From contig JAUWLH010000001.1 in assembly GCA_030613835.1 (NCBI GenBank), forward strand, positions 1-57,586: a DNA stretch of 57,586 bases. The letters are read 5' to 3'. The notes below the pieces were generated by a model. That model searched no databases and had not been told where the DNA came from. It was given only the letters and a program-made list of their open reading frames with translations. Origin of the DNA: Candidatus Bathyarchaeota archaeon. GTDB taxonomy: Archaea; Thermoproteota; Bathyarchaeia; TCS64. The first letter of the stretch is position 1. Every line of letters begins with the position of its first letter. The position numbers were made by a program, and so were the translations under genes. Below, one piece after another: positions 18,931 through 29,016 of the stretch.

Positions 18931-18943
18931 AAAATAAAAAAAA
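18931..18943 (-). terminator. Oligo-T tract (T8-A-T4 on the minus strand) immediately after the stop of the cyclodeaminase-family gene
   Basis: Plus strand reads AAAATAAAAAAAA directly adjacent to the TAA stop at 18944-18946. Archaeal terminators are typically T-runs. Confidence 0.5.
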
Positions 18944-19924
18944 TTAGGCGAGGGTTATCCCTACGCCTTTCGCCCTTGCAAGCTCGTACACCTTGCTCGC
19001 GGTACCTACGTCCTGAATCGCCAGACCGGTAGCTTTGAACATGGTGATCTCGTCGGGACTCTCCCTGCCCTTCTTCTTGCCGGCGACGATCTCACCCATC
19101 TCGGCGTAGATGTCATCCTCAGTGATGACCCCCTCCTCCTTGGGCACCTTGAAGTCACCGACCACGAACGCCTGTGGGATGAAGTCAACAACTCTCTTGT
19201 CGCACTTCACGATGACACTGGTCATGAGCTCCCTCTTGGCCCCCGTGTCGGCCCCGATGGCTGAAACGTGGCAACCCTTTTTGATCCATGCCCCATCGAT
19301 AAACGCCTTCGGGCTCGGAGTGCAAGTGATTAAAATATCGCTTCCCTCTGCTGCCTCCTTTGCGCTTCCAACCACCACGAACTCCGGTCCAGAGAACATC
19401 TCGCCCATCTCCTTAGCGAAAGCCTCCATTGCCGCGGGGATGATATCAAAGACCTTGATCTTCTTGACGTTTGGCCTGACCTCCATGAGTCCCATTACCT
19501 GGCTCCTGCCCTGGACACCCGTGCCGCAGACCCCCACGACCTCACTGTCCTCCCTACTTAGGTACTTGATGCCGGTGGCACCTGCCGCGCCGGTCCTCAG
19601 GGCGGTGATGTACGTACCGTCCATGATGGCCAGCGGGACTCCGTTGTCCGGGCTGTTGAGTATGATCCTAGCGATAACGGCGGGTAGCCCGTAAGCCTTC
19701 TTGTTGCCCGGGTGAACCGTCACGATCTTTGTGCCCGCCGCGCCCAGACCGGGCATGTACGCCGGCATGGCGATGAGCACGCCCTTGTCGAAGTGAAGGT
19801 AAACCCTCGGGGGCATCTCGATGTTATCGTTGCCCATCTCCCTGAAGCCCCCTTCAACGGCCTCAAAGGTACTCTTCATGTCAAGGACTTCCTTGACCTC
19901 ATCCTGTGTTAAATAGAGTGTCAT
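18944..19924 (-). CDS. Ornithine cyclodeaminase/mu-crystallin family protein (archaeal alanine dehydrogenase-like)
   Basis: 326 aa. TALRTGAAGA, GTGVQG Rossmann motif and ITMFKATGLAIQD. Confidence 0.85.
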   Translation of the reverse strand: MTLYLTQDEVKEVLDMKSTFEAVEGGFREMGNDNIEMPPRVYLHFDKGVLIAMPAYMPGLGAAGTKIVTVHPGNKKAYGLPAVIARIILNSPDNGVPLAIMDGTYITALRTGAAGATGIKYLSREDSEVVGVCGTGVQGRSQVMGLMEVRPNVKKIKVFDIIPAAMEAFAKEMGEMFSGPEFVVVGSAKEAAEGSDILITCTPSPKAFIDGAWIKKGCHVSAIGADTGAKRELMTSVIVKCDKRVVDFIPQAFVVGDFKVPKEEGVITEDDIYAEMGEIVAGKKKGRESPDEITMFKATGLAIQDVGTASKVYELARAKGVGITLA

Positions 19925-20181
19925 ATCAAATCACACAAAGGTGGGCTGGCTGGATTATTAATGATTTCGAGAGAAGAGGCCAAACGGTACTTGCCATAAG
20001 GGATAACTCGTTGAACACCCCAAAGTATTGTAAAACATCAGCCAGAGAGTGAACTATCCCAGACACGGCTCATTACCCGGTAAATACAGACCATGGGCAA
20101 ACATTAACCACCCCACAACCCCTCTTACCTCAAACTCAACCCGGTGCATGGGCCCTAGCGACACATCACAGACAGCGATTA

Positions 20182-20676
20182 ATGGACACCAATGCGGCGA
20201 ACGACCCCGAGACCATAACGAGGATCAAGAAGGGACCATGCAAGGACGGCCTCATGTATGACAACAGGGTCTTCTTCTCACACCAGGAGGTAATCTGCTA
20301 CAAATACCTCAGGGGCATCAGCATCCCCGCCAAGAGGATGCACATGGAGTACCGAGTCGGGACCAAGCACATTGATTTCTTTCCCTTGAGGCGGGTGTTC
20401 TGGGAGCACCACCCGATCCTGCTGAAATTTGGCAAGGACCCCGTGAGGTACGGGGAGCAACGCAGGGCGATACTTGATCCCAAGGGCTACAGCCGCATCC
20501 CGTTAGTCGTGTCCTGTATCATGTTCAAGAACCAGAAAGATATCATGCAGAGGATGAGCGGTATGGGCGTGGATTTCAGGATCGGGAAAGTGCCTGAGCC
20601 CGGAATAACCTATTATATCCTAAACCTGAGAGAGGAGATGCGTATCGAACTCCTGATGGAGCCCGTGCTCTTTTAG
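20182..20676 (+). CDS. Hypothetical protein with a possible PD-(D/E)xK-like core
   Basis: 164 aa. The pattern FFSHQE...L...IDFFP...WEHH resembles TnsA/Vsr-type nuclease cores, but the usual ExK reads EHH. I recognise no family. Confidence 0.45.
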   Translation: MDTNAANDPETITRIKKGPCKDGLMYDNRVFFSHQEVICYKYLRGISIPAKRMHMEYRVGTKHIDFFPLRRVFWEHHPILLKFGKDPVRYGEQRRAILDPKGYSRIPLVVSCIMFKNQKDIMQRMSGMGVDFRIGKVPEPGITYYILNLREEMRIELLMEPVLF

Positions 20677-21434
20677 GGTGAGAACTTGCCGCCGTCCGTG
20701 AAGGTCAGCATCAGCTTGGAGTAGAGATCAGCGAAGCCATCGTTGTTGAAGCTACTCACAGGGATCGGATCGAAGTCCATCCCAATCCTGCCTATGACCT
20801 CCATCATGTCCTGGCTCATAGACCTGTTCATGCCCGTGAGCCTAGCGTCAATGGACTCCTCAAGGGCGTAGGGGTCCTCGCTCCAGCTCATCATCTCTGC
20901 CAGTTCGCTCTCGCTGAGCAGATCCGTCTTGCTGAGAAGGTGGTACTGTGGGAGGAAGAACTTAGTGTTGATGGCGCTGGCCAGGAACATGTTCATGACA
21001 TAGTTCAGCGGGTCCCTGCACTGCAATCCATCGAAGATGTAGATGACCCCCTTCTCGGCGTCCGTCAGCTCTTGAGCTATCTGGGCCCCGATGTTCCTGA
21101 ACGCGAAAAGCTCCATCTGGCCGGGCGTGTCCACGATGCAGATATCTGGCGTAAAGTCCTCGATATCGTTGCTCAGATCCTCCACGATGCCTGCCATCAT
21201 GTCATGTGCCAGCATGAGCCCGCCGTTGGGCCCCAGGCCGTAGTCCTCCATGATCTCTTCCACCTTGATGTATTCCCTGACATCAACATTGGCGGCGTAT
21301 GGCAGAATCAGCGAGCCAGGGTCCAGGTTCACGGCCATAACGTCCTCCCTGTGGAACTCCAGGAAACGCGTGAACTTGGCAGTGAAGGTGCTCTTCCCAC
21401 TCCCCGCGGTCCCCAACACGAATATCAGATTCAG
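20673..21434 (-). CDS. GPN-loop GTPase
   Basis: GTAGSGKST P-loop, NLDPG and the GPNGG (GPN) motif, then DTPGQMELF. The first canonical start (GTG, 21419) removes the beta-1 strand. I extended to the CTG at 21434, which overlaps the upstream TGA (see finding). Confidence 0.85.
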   Translation of the reverse strand: MNLIFVLGTAGSGKSTFTAKFTRFLEFHREDVMAVNLDPGSLILPYAANVDVREYIKVEEIMEDYGLGPNGGLMLAHDMMAGIVEDLSNDIEDFTPDICIVDTPGQMELFAFRNIGAQIAQELTDAEKGVIYIFDGLQCRDPLNYVMNMFLASAINTKFFLPQYHLLSKTDLLSESELAEMMSWSEDPYALEESIDARLTGMNRSMSQDMMEVIGRIGMDFDPIPVSSFNNDGFADLYSKLMLTFTDGGKFSP

Positions 21435-22483
21435 GATGTGAACTCCCTGAACTTCTGATAGGCTTCCTGCATCATGTAACTCCTGGGAGGGCGCTTGAAT
21501 CCGTAGGCGCTCACCGCCTCCAGTGGCCCACCTGCCCCCTTGTCCATGGCGATCTTCAGTCCCCTGATGACGTCCACGAGGACTGCCCCGCTGTTGGGCC
21601 CGTCCTCGGTGCTTAGCTTCATGTCCAGGATGAAATCAGCCCCGCCGAAGTACTTTCCCTTGACGTAGAAGAAGCTGTCACGACCATTGATGAGGAAATC
21701 AACGAAATCAGCGGATCCGGACACCAACTCAAAATCGTACGGTATGTGCTTTTTGACCGCGTCTGTCTTGATGACCCTCTTCGTCTCCTTTGTCTTCTCC
21801 AGGGTATTGATAGACTCGCCTCCGCCGCCAACGTCAAGCTGGTAGCTCTTCTCGATCTTCACGCCCCTCTTGTCGAGGAACTCCAGGAGACCGATATGGA
21901 CGGCTGTTGCGCCCATCTGGCTCATGAGGTCATCACCCACAACAGGCAGCCCCGCTTTCTTGAATGCCGATGCCACTGATAGGTCATTTACGATACCCGA
22001 AGGGGTAGCGTTCAGGAAGCCACACCCTGCCTCAACGGCGGCCTCCGAGTATAGCCTGCTGGCCTTGTCGGATCCCCCACTGATGAGGTTGACGAGAACA
22101 TCTGTATTTGCCTCCATCAATACCGATGCGACGTCCACGGCCTCCACATCCGCCTTCTTTATCTGACTCATGGTTACGGCGTCCACGATATCCGGTGAGG
22201 GACCCATCTGGACCTTGACCCCTGTCTTCTCTAGCTCGTTGATCCTCGGGGCTTTGTTCGGCTCGGCGTAGATAGCCTTGGACACGTCTGTCCCTATCTT
22301 GTTCACGTCGATATCAAACGCAGCTACTACCTTGATGTCATCGATGCCGTAACCCCCTAGCTTCTCGTGGAGCAGACCGAGGCTGTTCCCGTTCTCCCTG
22401 TAGTACTGAATTCCCTGCAATAGTGAAGAGGCGCAGTTCCCGACGCCCGCAATAGCGATCCTGATATCACCCAAATCTCTCAC
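21431..22483 (-). CDS. myo-Inositol-1-phosphate synthase, archaeal type
   Basis: IRIAIAGVGNCASSLLQGIQYY N-terminus. 350 aa. GTG start. Confidence 0.9.
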   Translation of the reverse strand: MRDLGDIRIAIAGVGNCASSLLQGIQYYRENGNSLGLLHEKLGGYGIDDIKVVAAFDIDVNKIGTDVSKAIYAEPNKAPRINELEKTGVKVQMGPSPDIVDAVTMSQIKKADVEAVDVASVLMEANTDVLVNLISGGSDKASRLYSEAAVEAGCGFLNATPSGIVNDLSVASAFKKAGLPVVGDDLMSQMGATAVHIGLLEFLDKRGVKIEKSYQLDVGGGGESINTLEKTKETKRVIKTDAVKKHIPYDFELVSGSADFVDFLINGRDSFFYVKGKYFGGADFILDMKLSTEDGPNSGAVLVDVIRGLKIAMDKGAGGPLEAVSAYGFKRPPRSYMMQEAYQKFREFTS

Positions 22484-22581
22484 CGTTCTTAACTACACTG
22501 GTCATACACGAGTATAGAAGCGTAACGTTTGAGGGCTACGAGTGAAAGAGAAAAGAATTATGAGAGTCTATGATTCGCGCG

Positions 22582-23040
22582 TTAATTCAAACTCTTTATC
22601 ATGATAAAGCCGTCCTCATCGCCGTAGTACCCCTTCGCGGTCCTCACGTACTGGTAGCCCCTCTTTCGGTACATGGCTTGGGCCCCCGTGTTTGTCTCTC
22701 TCACCTCAAGATAGATTACGTCTGCCCCGTTCTTCTGTAACCTGCCTTCAATCTCATCCATCAACAAGGTTCCAACTCCTCCCCCCTGATTATCCTTCCT
22801 GACGGCTATGTTCAGTACGTGTCCTACCGTCTGGTGGTCCCCCTCGTGACCCATCTTCTTTATCCCACCGATTGTATATCCGATGACCTCGTCATTCTCC
22901 AGCGCCACAAGGAACATTTCCCCCGTTAATCCCAGCATGAGTCGAAAAAAGTTCAGCGTCCAAGCAGTAGGGTAAACGCTCTGCTCTATCCCGTGGATGA
23001 TTTCAAGGTCATCCTCAACCGCCACCCGGAGAACTGCCAT
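22582..23040 (-). CDS. rimI: GNAT N-acetyltransferase, RimI-like
   Basis: 152 aa. IAVRKDNQGGGVGTLLM acetyl-CoA binding motif and RGYQY. Confidence 0.8.
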   Translation of the reverse strand: MAVLRVAVEDDLEIIHGIEQSVYPTAWTLNFFRLMLGLTGEMFLVALENDEVIGYTIGGIKKMGHEGDHQTVGHVLNIAVRKDNQGGGVGTLLMDEIEGRLQKNGADVIYLEVRETNTGAQAMYRKRGYQYVRTAKGYYGDEDGFIMIKSLN

Positions 23041-23236
23041 TATATCACTCTCATACCCGGGTTCTTTCCCATCTGGCCGAACCCGCCAAAGGTGAACGCC
23101 GTACCCCGTAATATGTCTAGCGCCGGGAAGGCAAGGGGCTTTCAGTAGGGTACAGGGAGGTACTGAGGGGGTACCCCCATCGATACCTCCTCGATACGCT
23201 TTTATTCCGCCCTAATGAAATATCGCTAGTGATATA

Positions 23237-23506
23237 ATGGAACCACTGGTCCAAAGTATGATACAATTTCTCGTGACCTTCTCAACTTACCTTTTAACGA
23301 TGGCCTTTGCGGGGAGCTTCCTGGGCAGAACATGGATGGGGACAGTAGATATCTTCCTTCACAAGCTACTGAAAATCGATGTCACGGTGGGGAAGTACGT
23401 TTACTGGAAGTATTTCTGCACCATCGCGGACCCACCCAAACCCGTGCACCTTGAGAAGCCAAAGAACCTAACAGACCAGCTATTCTGCAAGTTCCTCGAC
23501 CTGTAG
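23237..23506 (+). CDS. Questionable small hydrophobic ORF
   Basis: 89-aa ORF in a 670-bp gap. Hydrophobic N-terminus, no recognisable family. It may be non-coding. Confidence 0.25.
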   Translation: MEPLVQSMIQFLVTFSTYLLTMAFAGSFLGRTWMGTVDIFLHKLLKIDVTVGKYVYWKYFCTIADPPKPVHLEKPKNLTDQLFCKFLDL

Positions 23507-23710
23507 GATCGCTGGAAACAGTTTTAACTTTAATATTTGAGAAAAATAATGTAGGATGCTTCGAGTAGCCAGAATATTCTCTTTCAAGATCATCGACCGG
23601 GTATCCGACCATGTATCAGTGTCGATAAATCGTTTTATGTCGTCTCATCTTACGCCAGATGTCGAGCGTCTTAAATATCATCCTTGCAGTTTCAACGGTA
23701 AATTCATTGG

Positions 23711-24757
23711 ATGATCACTTTGAGGACAATAAGACAGGTCGGGCTCGTGGGATACGGGACATACGTGCCCATGTACCGACTGAAGGCATCGGAGATCAAC
23801 CGCATGTGGGGCGGGTTCGGGGCTCCCGTTGAGGAGAAGACCGTCGTCGCCATGGACGAGGACACCATCACTATCGCGGTTGAGGCGGCAAAGCAGGCGG
23901 TTTACCGCGCGAAAATCACCCCAAGCGATATAGGAGCCGTATTCGTTGGCACCGAGTCAAAGCCCTACGCCGTCAAGCCATGCGGGACCATCGTGGCAGA
24001 GGCAATCGGGGCGACACCAAACGTCTCCACAGCGGACTTTGAGTTCGCGTGCAAGGCGGGAACAGAGGCGATGCAGACTTGCATCGGTCTTGTTGGCAGC
24101 GGCATGCACAAGTATGCTATGGCCATCGGGGCCGACACGGCACAGGGCAAGCCACACGACGCCCTTGAGTACACCGCTGCATGTGGAGGAGCGGCATTCA
24201 TCTTCGGGGAGAGGAGCAGCGAGACCATTGCATATGTAGAGGCATCGTACAGCTACGTCACTGATACTCCTGACTTCTGGAGGAGGTCCAAGGAGATGTA
24301 CCCGAGGCACGGGAACAGGTTCACCGGGGCTCCTGCGTACTTCAAACACATCACCAACGCGGGGAAGGCGCTGCTGGAGGAGACGGGATACAAGCCCAAG
24401 GACTTCAAGTGGGCGGTCTTCCACCAGCCCAACACAAAGTTCCCCATCAACGCATCGAGGATGCTGGGGTTCACCATGGATCAGATCGAGCCCGGTCTAG
24501 TAGCCCCCAAGATAGGTAACACCTACGCGGGTAGCACACCAGTTGGACTGGCGGCCACGCTGGACATCGCGGAGCCAGGGGACAAGATATTCGCCGTCAG
24601 CTACGGCTCGGGAAGCGGCAGCGACGCGTTCATATTCACCGTTCAGGATGCGATCCTAGACAAGAGGGATGGCCCCAAGCTCTCCAGCTTTATCGATCGC
24701 AAGAAGTACGTGGACTACGCCACGTACCTGAAGCACAGGGGGCAAATAGTTCAATGA
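23711..24757 (+). CDS. Hydroxymethylglutaryl-CoA synthase, archaeal
   Basis: [28 protein letters not shown] (active-site Cys) and VFHQPN. First gene of the archaeal HMGCS/thiolase/DUF35 trio. Confidence 0.9.
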   Translation: MITLRTIRQVGLVGYGTYVPMYRLKASEINRMWGGFGAPVEEKTVVAMDEDTITIAVEAAKQAVYRAKITPSDIGAVFVGTESKPYAVKPCGTIVAEAIGATPNVSTADFEFACKAGTEAMQTCIGLVGSGMHKYAMAIGADTAQGKPHDALEYTAACGGAAFIFGERSSETIAYVEASYSYVTDTPDFWRRSKEMYPRHGNRFTGAPAYFKHITNAGKALLEETGYKPKDFKWAVFHQPNTKFPINASRMLGFTMDQIEPGLVAPKIGNTYAGSTPVGLAATLDIAEPGDKIFAVSYGSGSGSDAFIFTVQDAILDKRDGPKLSSFIDRKKYVDYATYLKHRGQIVQ

Positions 24758-25893
24758 GAAACGTAAAGGTAGCCGGGATAGGGCTCCTGAAGGTCAAGGA
24801 ATACTGGGACAGGTCAATACAGGACCTGTTCGCCGAGGCGAGCCTCAAGGCCATCAGTGACGCGGGGGTCGAAACGGTTGACAAGATTTATGTCTCTAAC
24901 ATGAGCGCGGCGCTTATGCAGAATCAGTTGAATACCGCTGCATTGATGTCAGACGCGTTAGGTAAGCCTGGTCTGCCCGCCACGAGGATAGAGGCGGGGT
25001 CCGCAAGCGGCGGGGTCGCCTTCCACGAGGCGGTACAGGCCATTGCCAGCGGTTTCAGTAACGCCGTCTTGGTTACAGGCGTCGAGAAGATGAGCGATAT
25101 CCTACCAGACGTGGTCACGACCGCCCTGACTATGGCAGAGGAGCAGGAATACACAGCCTACACCGGCATCACCAAGACGGGAATCGCGGCAATGATTCAT
25201 AGGCTGTACCTATTCCTATACGCCAAACCCGAGGAAGTGGGCATGATGGCAGAAAAGAGTCACGAGCATGCTGTCGGGTGCAAGCACGCCCAGTACCCGT
25301 TCATGATGAGCATAGAGAGGGCCATGGCCAGCCCCATGGAGGCCGACCCTATCCACATGATGGAGTGCAGCGGGATAGGCGACGGGGCGGCGGCGATAGT
25401 ACTGGTGCCCTCGGACGATACCGGTGTCGAGGTGGCTGGGTCGGCCATCGCGACAGATTACACGAGCATCGCACAGAGGTCCGACCCGATGGCTATGGAC
25501 GCTATCAGTAAGGCAGCCGACAGGGCATACAAGATGGCTGGGATCAACGCAAATAAGGTGAGCCTCGCGGAGGTCCATGACGACTTCACCATCAACGGGG
25601 TTCTCGGGATCGAGGGCCTGGGCCTAGCCAAGGTTGGCGAGGGTGCCAAGTTGGTCTGCACCGAAGATGTTGACAAGGGGGGAAGGATACCCATCAATAC
25701 CTTTGGGGGACTCAAGGCAAGGGGCAACCCACTTGGCGCAACCGGTATCTACCAGGTAGCCGAGGTGGTATTGCAGCTCAGGGGAGACGCAGGTGACCAC
25801 CAGGTCGAGGGCGCAAAGTACGGTGTGACCCAGAACGCGGGAGGCATGGCGTCAATTTGTGCGGTGAACGTGCTCAGGAGGGCCAAGAAATGA
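24754..25893 (+). CDS. Acetoacetyl-CoA thiolase, archaeal
   Basis: Thiolase-like fold with EVHDDFTI and [18 protein letters not shown] overlap with the preceding gene. Confidence 0.9.
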   Translation: MRNVKVAGIGLLKVKEYWDRSIQDLFAEASLKAISDAGVETVDKIYVSNMSAALMQNQLNTAALMSDALGKPGLPATRIEAGSASGGVAFHEAVQAIASGFSNAVLVTGVEKMSDILPDVVTTALTMAEEQEYTAYTGITKTGIAAMIHRLYLFLYAKPEEVGMMAEKSHEHAVGCKHAQYPFMMSIERAMASPMEADPIHMMECSGIGDGAAAIVLVPSDDTGVEVAGSAIATDYTSIAQRSDPMAMDAISKAADRAYKMAGINANKVSLAEVHDDFTINGVLGIEGLGLAKVGEGAKLVCTEDVDKGGRIPINTFGGLKARGNPLGATGIYQVAEVVLQLRGDAGDHQVEGAKYGVTQNAGGMASICAVNVLRRAKK

Positions 25894-26282
25894 GCGTCCC
25901 AAGATACTGGAGAAACGAAGTACCTAGGTACCGCCTGATAGGTGAAGAGTGCGCCGCGTGTGGCAAAAAGTACTTCCCCGCGAGGCCTGTGTGCAGCTGC
26001 GGGTCCACCGAGTTCAAGGACTATAAGCTGACCGAGACGGGTGAGGTTGTCACCTGGACCGTCATCAAGAACGCGCCAATCGGGTTCGAAAAGTACACGC
26101 CATACGTGGTGGGTCTGATCGAGCTAGGGGACAGCGTTCGGCTCTTGAGCCAGATCGTCGATGTGGCCCCCGAGGATGTATCAGCTGGTATGAGGGTCGA
26201 GGCATGCTTCCGCAGGATAAAGGAGGACGGCAAAACTGGCATACTCCAGTACGGCTACAAGTTCAGGCCAGTTGTCGTTTAG
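25890..26282 (+). CDS. DUF35 OB-fold/zinc-ribbon protein (scaffold of the thiolase/HMGCS complex)
   Basis: CAACGKKYFPARPVCSCGS rubredoxin-like ribbon followed by an OB-fold-like region. ATGA overlap with the thiolase stop. Confidence 0.85.
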   Translation: MSVPRYWRNEVPRYRLIGEECAACGKKYFPARPVCSCGSTEFKDYKLTETGEVVTWTVIKNAPIGFEKYTPYVVGLIELGDSVRLLSQIVDVAPEDVSAGMRVEACFRRIKEDGKTGILQYGYKFRPVVV

Positions 26283-26329
26283 ACCCCAACTTTTTATAAC
26301 TCCTTTTCCTTTTCCCAGTTCTGATAACC

Positions 26330-27859
26330 ATGGCTCCGAAGACAAAGTACGATATCATCGCCGAGATAGCGAAGCGCAGGGGCTTCTTCTGGCCCAGTTT
26401 CGAGATATACGGCGGCATGAGCGGGTTCACGACCTATGGAGACCTGGGCACCAAGCTCAAGCGCAACATCGAGGCTCTCTGGAAGGAGTACTTCGTGCGG
26501 AAACAGGGCTTCCTTGAACTGGAGGCTCCCGTGATTAACCCGGAACGGGTGTTTGAGGCGTCTGGGCACTTGGAGAACTTCAAGGAGTACTCTGCGGAAT
26601 GCAGCCAGTGCGGCAACAGCTTCAGGGCCGACCACCTCATCGAGGACAAGACGGGGCTTGAGAACGTGGAGGCCATGGGAGGCGACGCCATCAAGAGTAT
26701 GATGGTCGAACTCAAGATCAAGTGCCCCAGGTGTGGGGGAGCGCTCAAGGAGCCCACGCTGATACTCACCATGTTTAAGACAGAGATCGGCGCAACAGGC
26801 GGGGAGGTCGGTTACCTGCGCCCCGAGACGGCTCAGGCTATGTTCCTAAACTACAAGAGGGGCATCATACATGCCCGCGAGAAGCTGCCATTTGCCCTCG
26901 TCCAGAGCAGCAAGGTAGCCCGTAACGAGATCAGCCCAAGGAGGGGCATGCTGAGGCTCAGGGAGTTCACCATCATGGAGCTGGAGCTCTTCTTCGACCC
27001 CGAGAGCCCAGATTGCCCATGGTTCGGGGATGTCAAGGACGCTGTGATCAGGCTCTATAACGAGGACATGGTCGAGAACAGCGTCGAGGAGCCGCTGGTG
27101 CTATCCGTTGAGGAGGCGGTGGAGAAGAAGCTCATCATCACGGAGTGGCAGGCTTACTTCATGGGGCTGAGTCAGAGATTCATCGAGACACTGGGGGTCC
27201 CAGCGGAGAACCAGAGGTTCCGCGCTCATCTGCCAGATGAGAGGGCCCACTACAGCGCCCAGCCCTACGACCACGAGGTAAAGCTGGAAACATGGGGCTG
27301 GACTGAGATATCGGGCTGCGCCTACAGGACAAACTTCGACCTATCAAACCACATGGAGGCATCGGGGCAGAACATGGAGGTGCGGAGGGAGGACGGAACC
27401 AGGTTCGTTCCCCACGTCGTGGAGCCTAGCTATGGTCTTGACAGGCTCATGTACATCGTCATGGAGAACAGCTACGAGAGAAGGGGCAAGAGAAACATCA
27501 TGCATATCCCCAAGGAGCTGTCTCCGTACCAGGTAGCCGTGTTCCCCATCGTCAAAAAGGACGGGATCGCCGAGAAGGCGGTAGAGATCAGAAATCTTCT
27601 CCTATCAAAGGGGTTGTGGGTGTCCTATGATGCAGGCGGTAGCATCGGTAGGCGTTACGCTAGGGTTGACGAGATAGGTACTCCCCTCGCTGTTGCAATA
27701 GACTATGATACAATGGAGAGCGACACATTGACCATAAGGGATAGGGACAGCTGGGAGCAGGTCAAACTATCCATTGATAAACTCCCAGATGCGCTTGCCG
27801 CCTACTTCAGGGGAGAGAACCCCTTCCTTGAGCTGGGTGAAAAAGTGGTTAGGGAGTAG
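26330..27859 (+). CDS. glyS: Glycyl-tRNA synthetase, archaeal/eukaryotic type
   Basis: AKRRGFFWPSFEIYGG, YLRPETAQ, RNEISPRRGMLRLREF and VVEPSYGLDR. Confidence 0.9.
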   Translation: MAPKTKYDIIAEIAKRRGFFWPSFEIYGGMSGFTTYGDLGTKLKRNIEALWKEYFVRKQGFLELEAPVINPERVFEASGHLENFKEYSAECSQCGNSFRADHLIEDKTGLENVEAMGGDAIKSMMVELKIKCPRCGGALKEPTLILTMFKTEIGATGGEVGYLRPETAQAMFLNYKRGIIHAREKLPFALVQSSKVARNEISPRRGMLRLREFTIMELELFFDPESPDCPWFGDVKDAVIRLYNEDMVENSVEEPLVLSVEEAVEKKLIITEWQAYFMGLSQRFIETLGVPAENQRFRAHLPDERAHYSAQPYDHEVKLETWGWTEISGCAYRTNFDLSNHMEASGQNMEVRREDGTRFVPHVVEPSYGLDRLMYIVMENSYERRGKRNIMHIPKELSPYQVAVFPIVKKDGIAEKAVEIRNLLLSKGLWVSYDAGGSIGRRYARVDEIGTPLAVAIDYDTMESDTLTIRDRDSWEQVKLSIDKLPDALAAYFRGENPFLELGEKVVRE

Positions 27860-27860
27860 C

Positions 27861-28961
27861 CTAACCCGTCTCGTACCTTGCCTTCAGGATGGCCTCAGCG
27901 AAGTCCTCCTGTGTGGCACCGTAGACCATGAGCCCGATTGACTCGAAGGCTTCCTTTATTCTCGCCAATAGAGCGTCTTTAGTTAACTCGGCACCGATGA
28001 GGGACTCCTCCAGTTTCTCTATGGCCCCCATGTAGGGCTGGGTGAAGAAATCTCCGCTGATGCTGATGTTCTCGATGGACTCCTCATTGGAGACGAGCAG
28101 TATTCTGATGAGCTTGCCCGCTTTGAACACGGACTCGGAGACGACGAGGCCGCCCCTGACCTTTGTTCCCGTGGCCTCTTGTTTCGCCTTCATCAGTAGG
28201 TCGTTATCCTTGCTGAAGATCCACTCCTCAGTCTTCCGTTCCTCCACGAGCCTTTCCAAGGTCTCCTTCTCTGTATCCGTTAGCTCGCCTGGGTCGAGGT
28301 CGATGCCCAGCTCCTCCTTGAAGCCCTCCACGATGAGCTGCTTCACCAGCTCCCTGCTGGTCTTCTCGCCTGTCTGTGCCCTGATGCTGGTGATCCAGTC
28401 GCTCATGGATTCTGCCAGCTTGTCCTTGAACTTCTCGCTAGGGGCGTTGATGATCTCGCTCATGAGGTACGTGGGAGCGTCCAGGAGCAGGTCCCCCGCT
28501 AGCACGTTAGCATTCTCGATGCCTATGGCGCCGTTGCCGCTGATCTTCTTCCCGTCCACCAGAATGTCGTTTGGCTGCCTGATTGTCGCGTCCAGCCCCA
28601 GCTTTTTCAGGGCGTAGACTGGAGGCTTCATGAAGGTGGCATAGAACTCTGGGATTGACTTGGGGCACTCAGGGCTTGTCCTGTTGATGATGACGAAGTA
28701 GTCCTGCTCCCATGGTCCGTCCAGGATGGTTCCGCCTCCTATAGTGCGCCTTACAAGGCTAAATCCCTGCTCCTTGGCGTAATCGACGTGTACCTCCTTG
28801 TCCATCAGCTGGTGGTACCCGATGTTGACGAAGGGGCTCTCCGGGTGGTTCAAGATGAGGGTATTCGGTACATCGCCCTCGCTCACCGCGTGCCCGACCG
28901 CCTCGTAGAGGTTGGTCATGGTGTAGCCGTTGATTGCTCCAAGGTCTAATAGTCTCCACAA
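27861..28961 (-). CDS. lplA: Lipoate-protein ligase A
   Basis: WRLLDLG...NHPESPFVNIGYHQ and KKISGNGA (catalytic Lys region). Start taken at the TTG giving (M)WRLLDLG, about 40 nt downstream of a TTTTATAA box. Confidence 0.8.
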   Translation of the reverse strand: MWRLLDLGAINGYTMTNLYEAVGHAVSEGDVPNTLILNHPESPFVNIGYHQLMDKEVHVDYAKEQGFSLVRRTIGGGTILDGPWEQDYFVIINRTSPECPKSIPEFYATFMKPPVYALKKLGLDATIRQPNDILVDGKKISGNGAIGIENANVLAGDLLLDAPTYLMSEIINAPSEKFKDKLAESMSDWITSIRAQTGEKTSRELVKQLIVEGFKEELGIDLDPGELTDTEKETLERLVEERKTEEWIFSKDNDLLMKAKQEATGTKVRGGLVVSESVFKAGKLIRILLVSNEESIENISISGDFFTQPYMGAIEKLEESLIGAELTKDALLARIKEAFESIGLMVYGATQEDFAEAILKARYETG

Positions 28962-29016
28962 AATGGTTGCCTCTTTCTGAGAAGAATGGAGATGGGTTAT
29001 AAAATACTTGAGTAGG

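Noticed and set aside
23041-23710. A possible hidden gene or RNA in the 670-bp gap upstream of the HMG-CoA synthase gene
   Set aside because: I translated the frames around the rimI start and the listed ORFs and found no conserved motif and no convincing helices. I keep only the 89-aa ORF (23237-23506), at low confidence.
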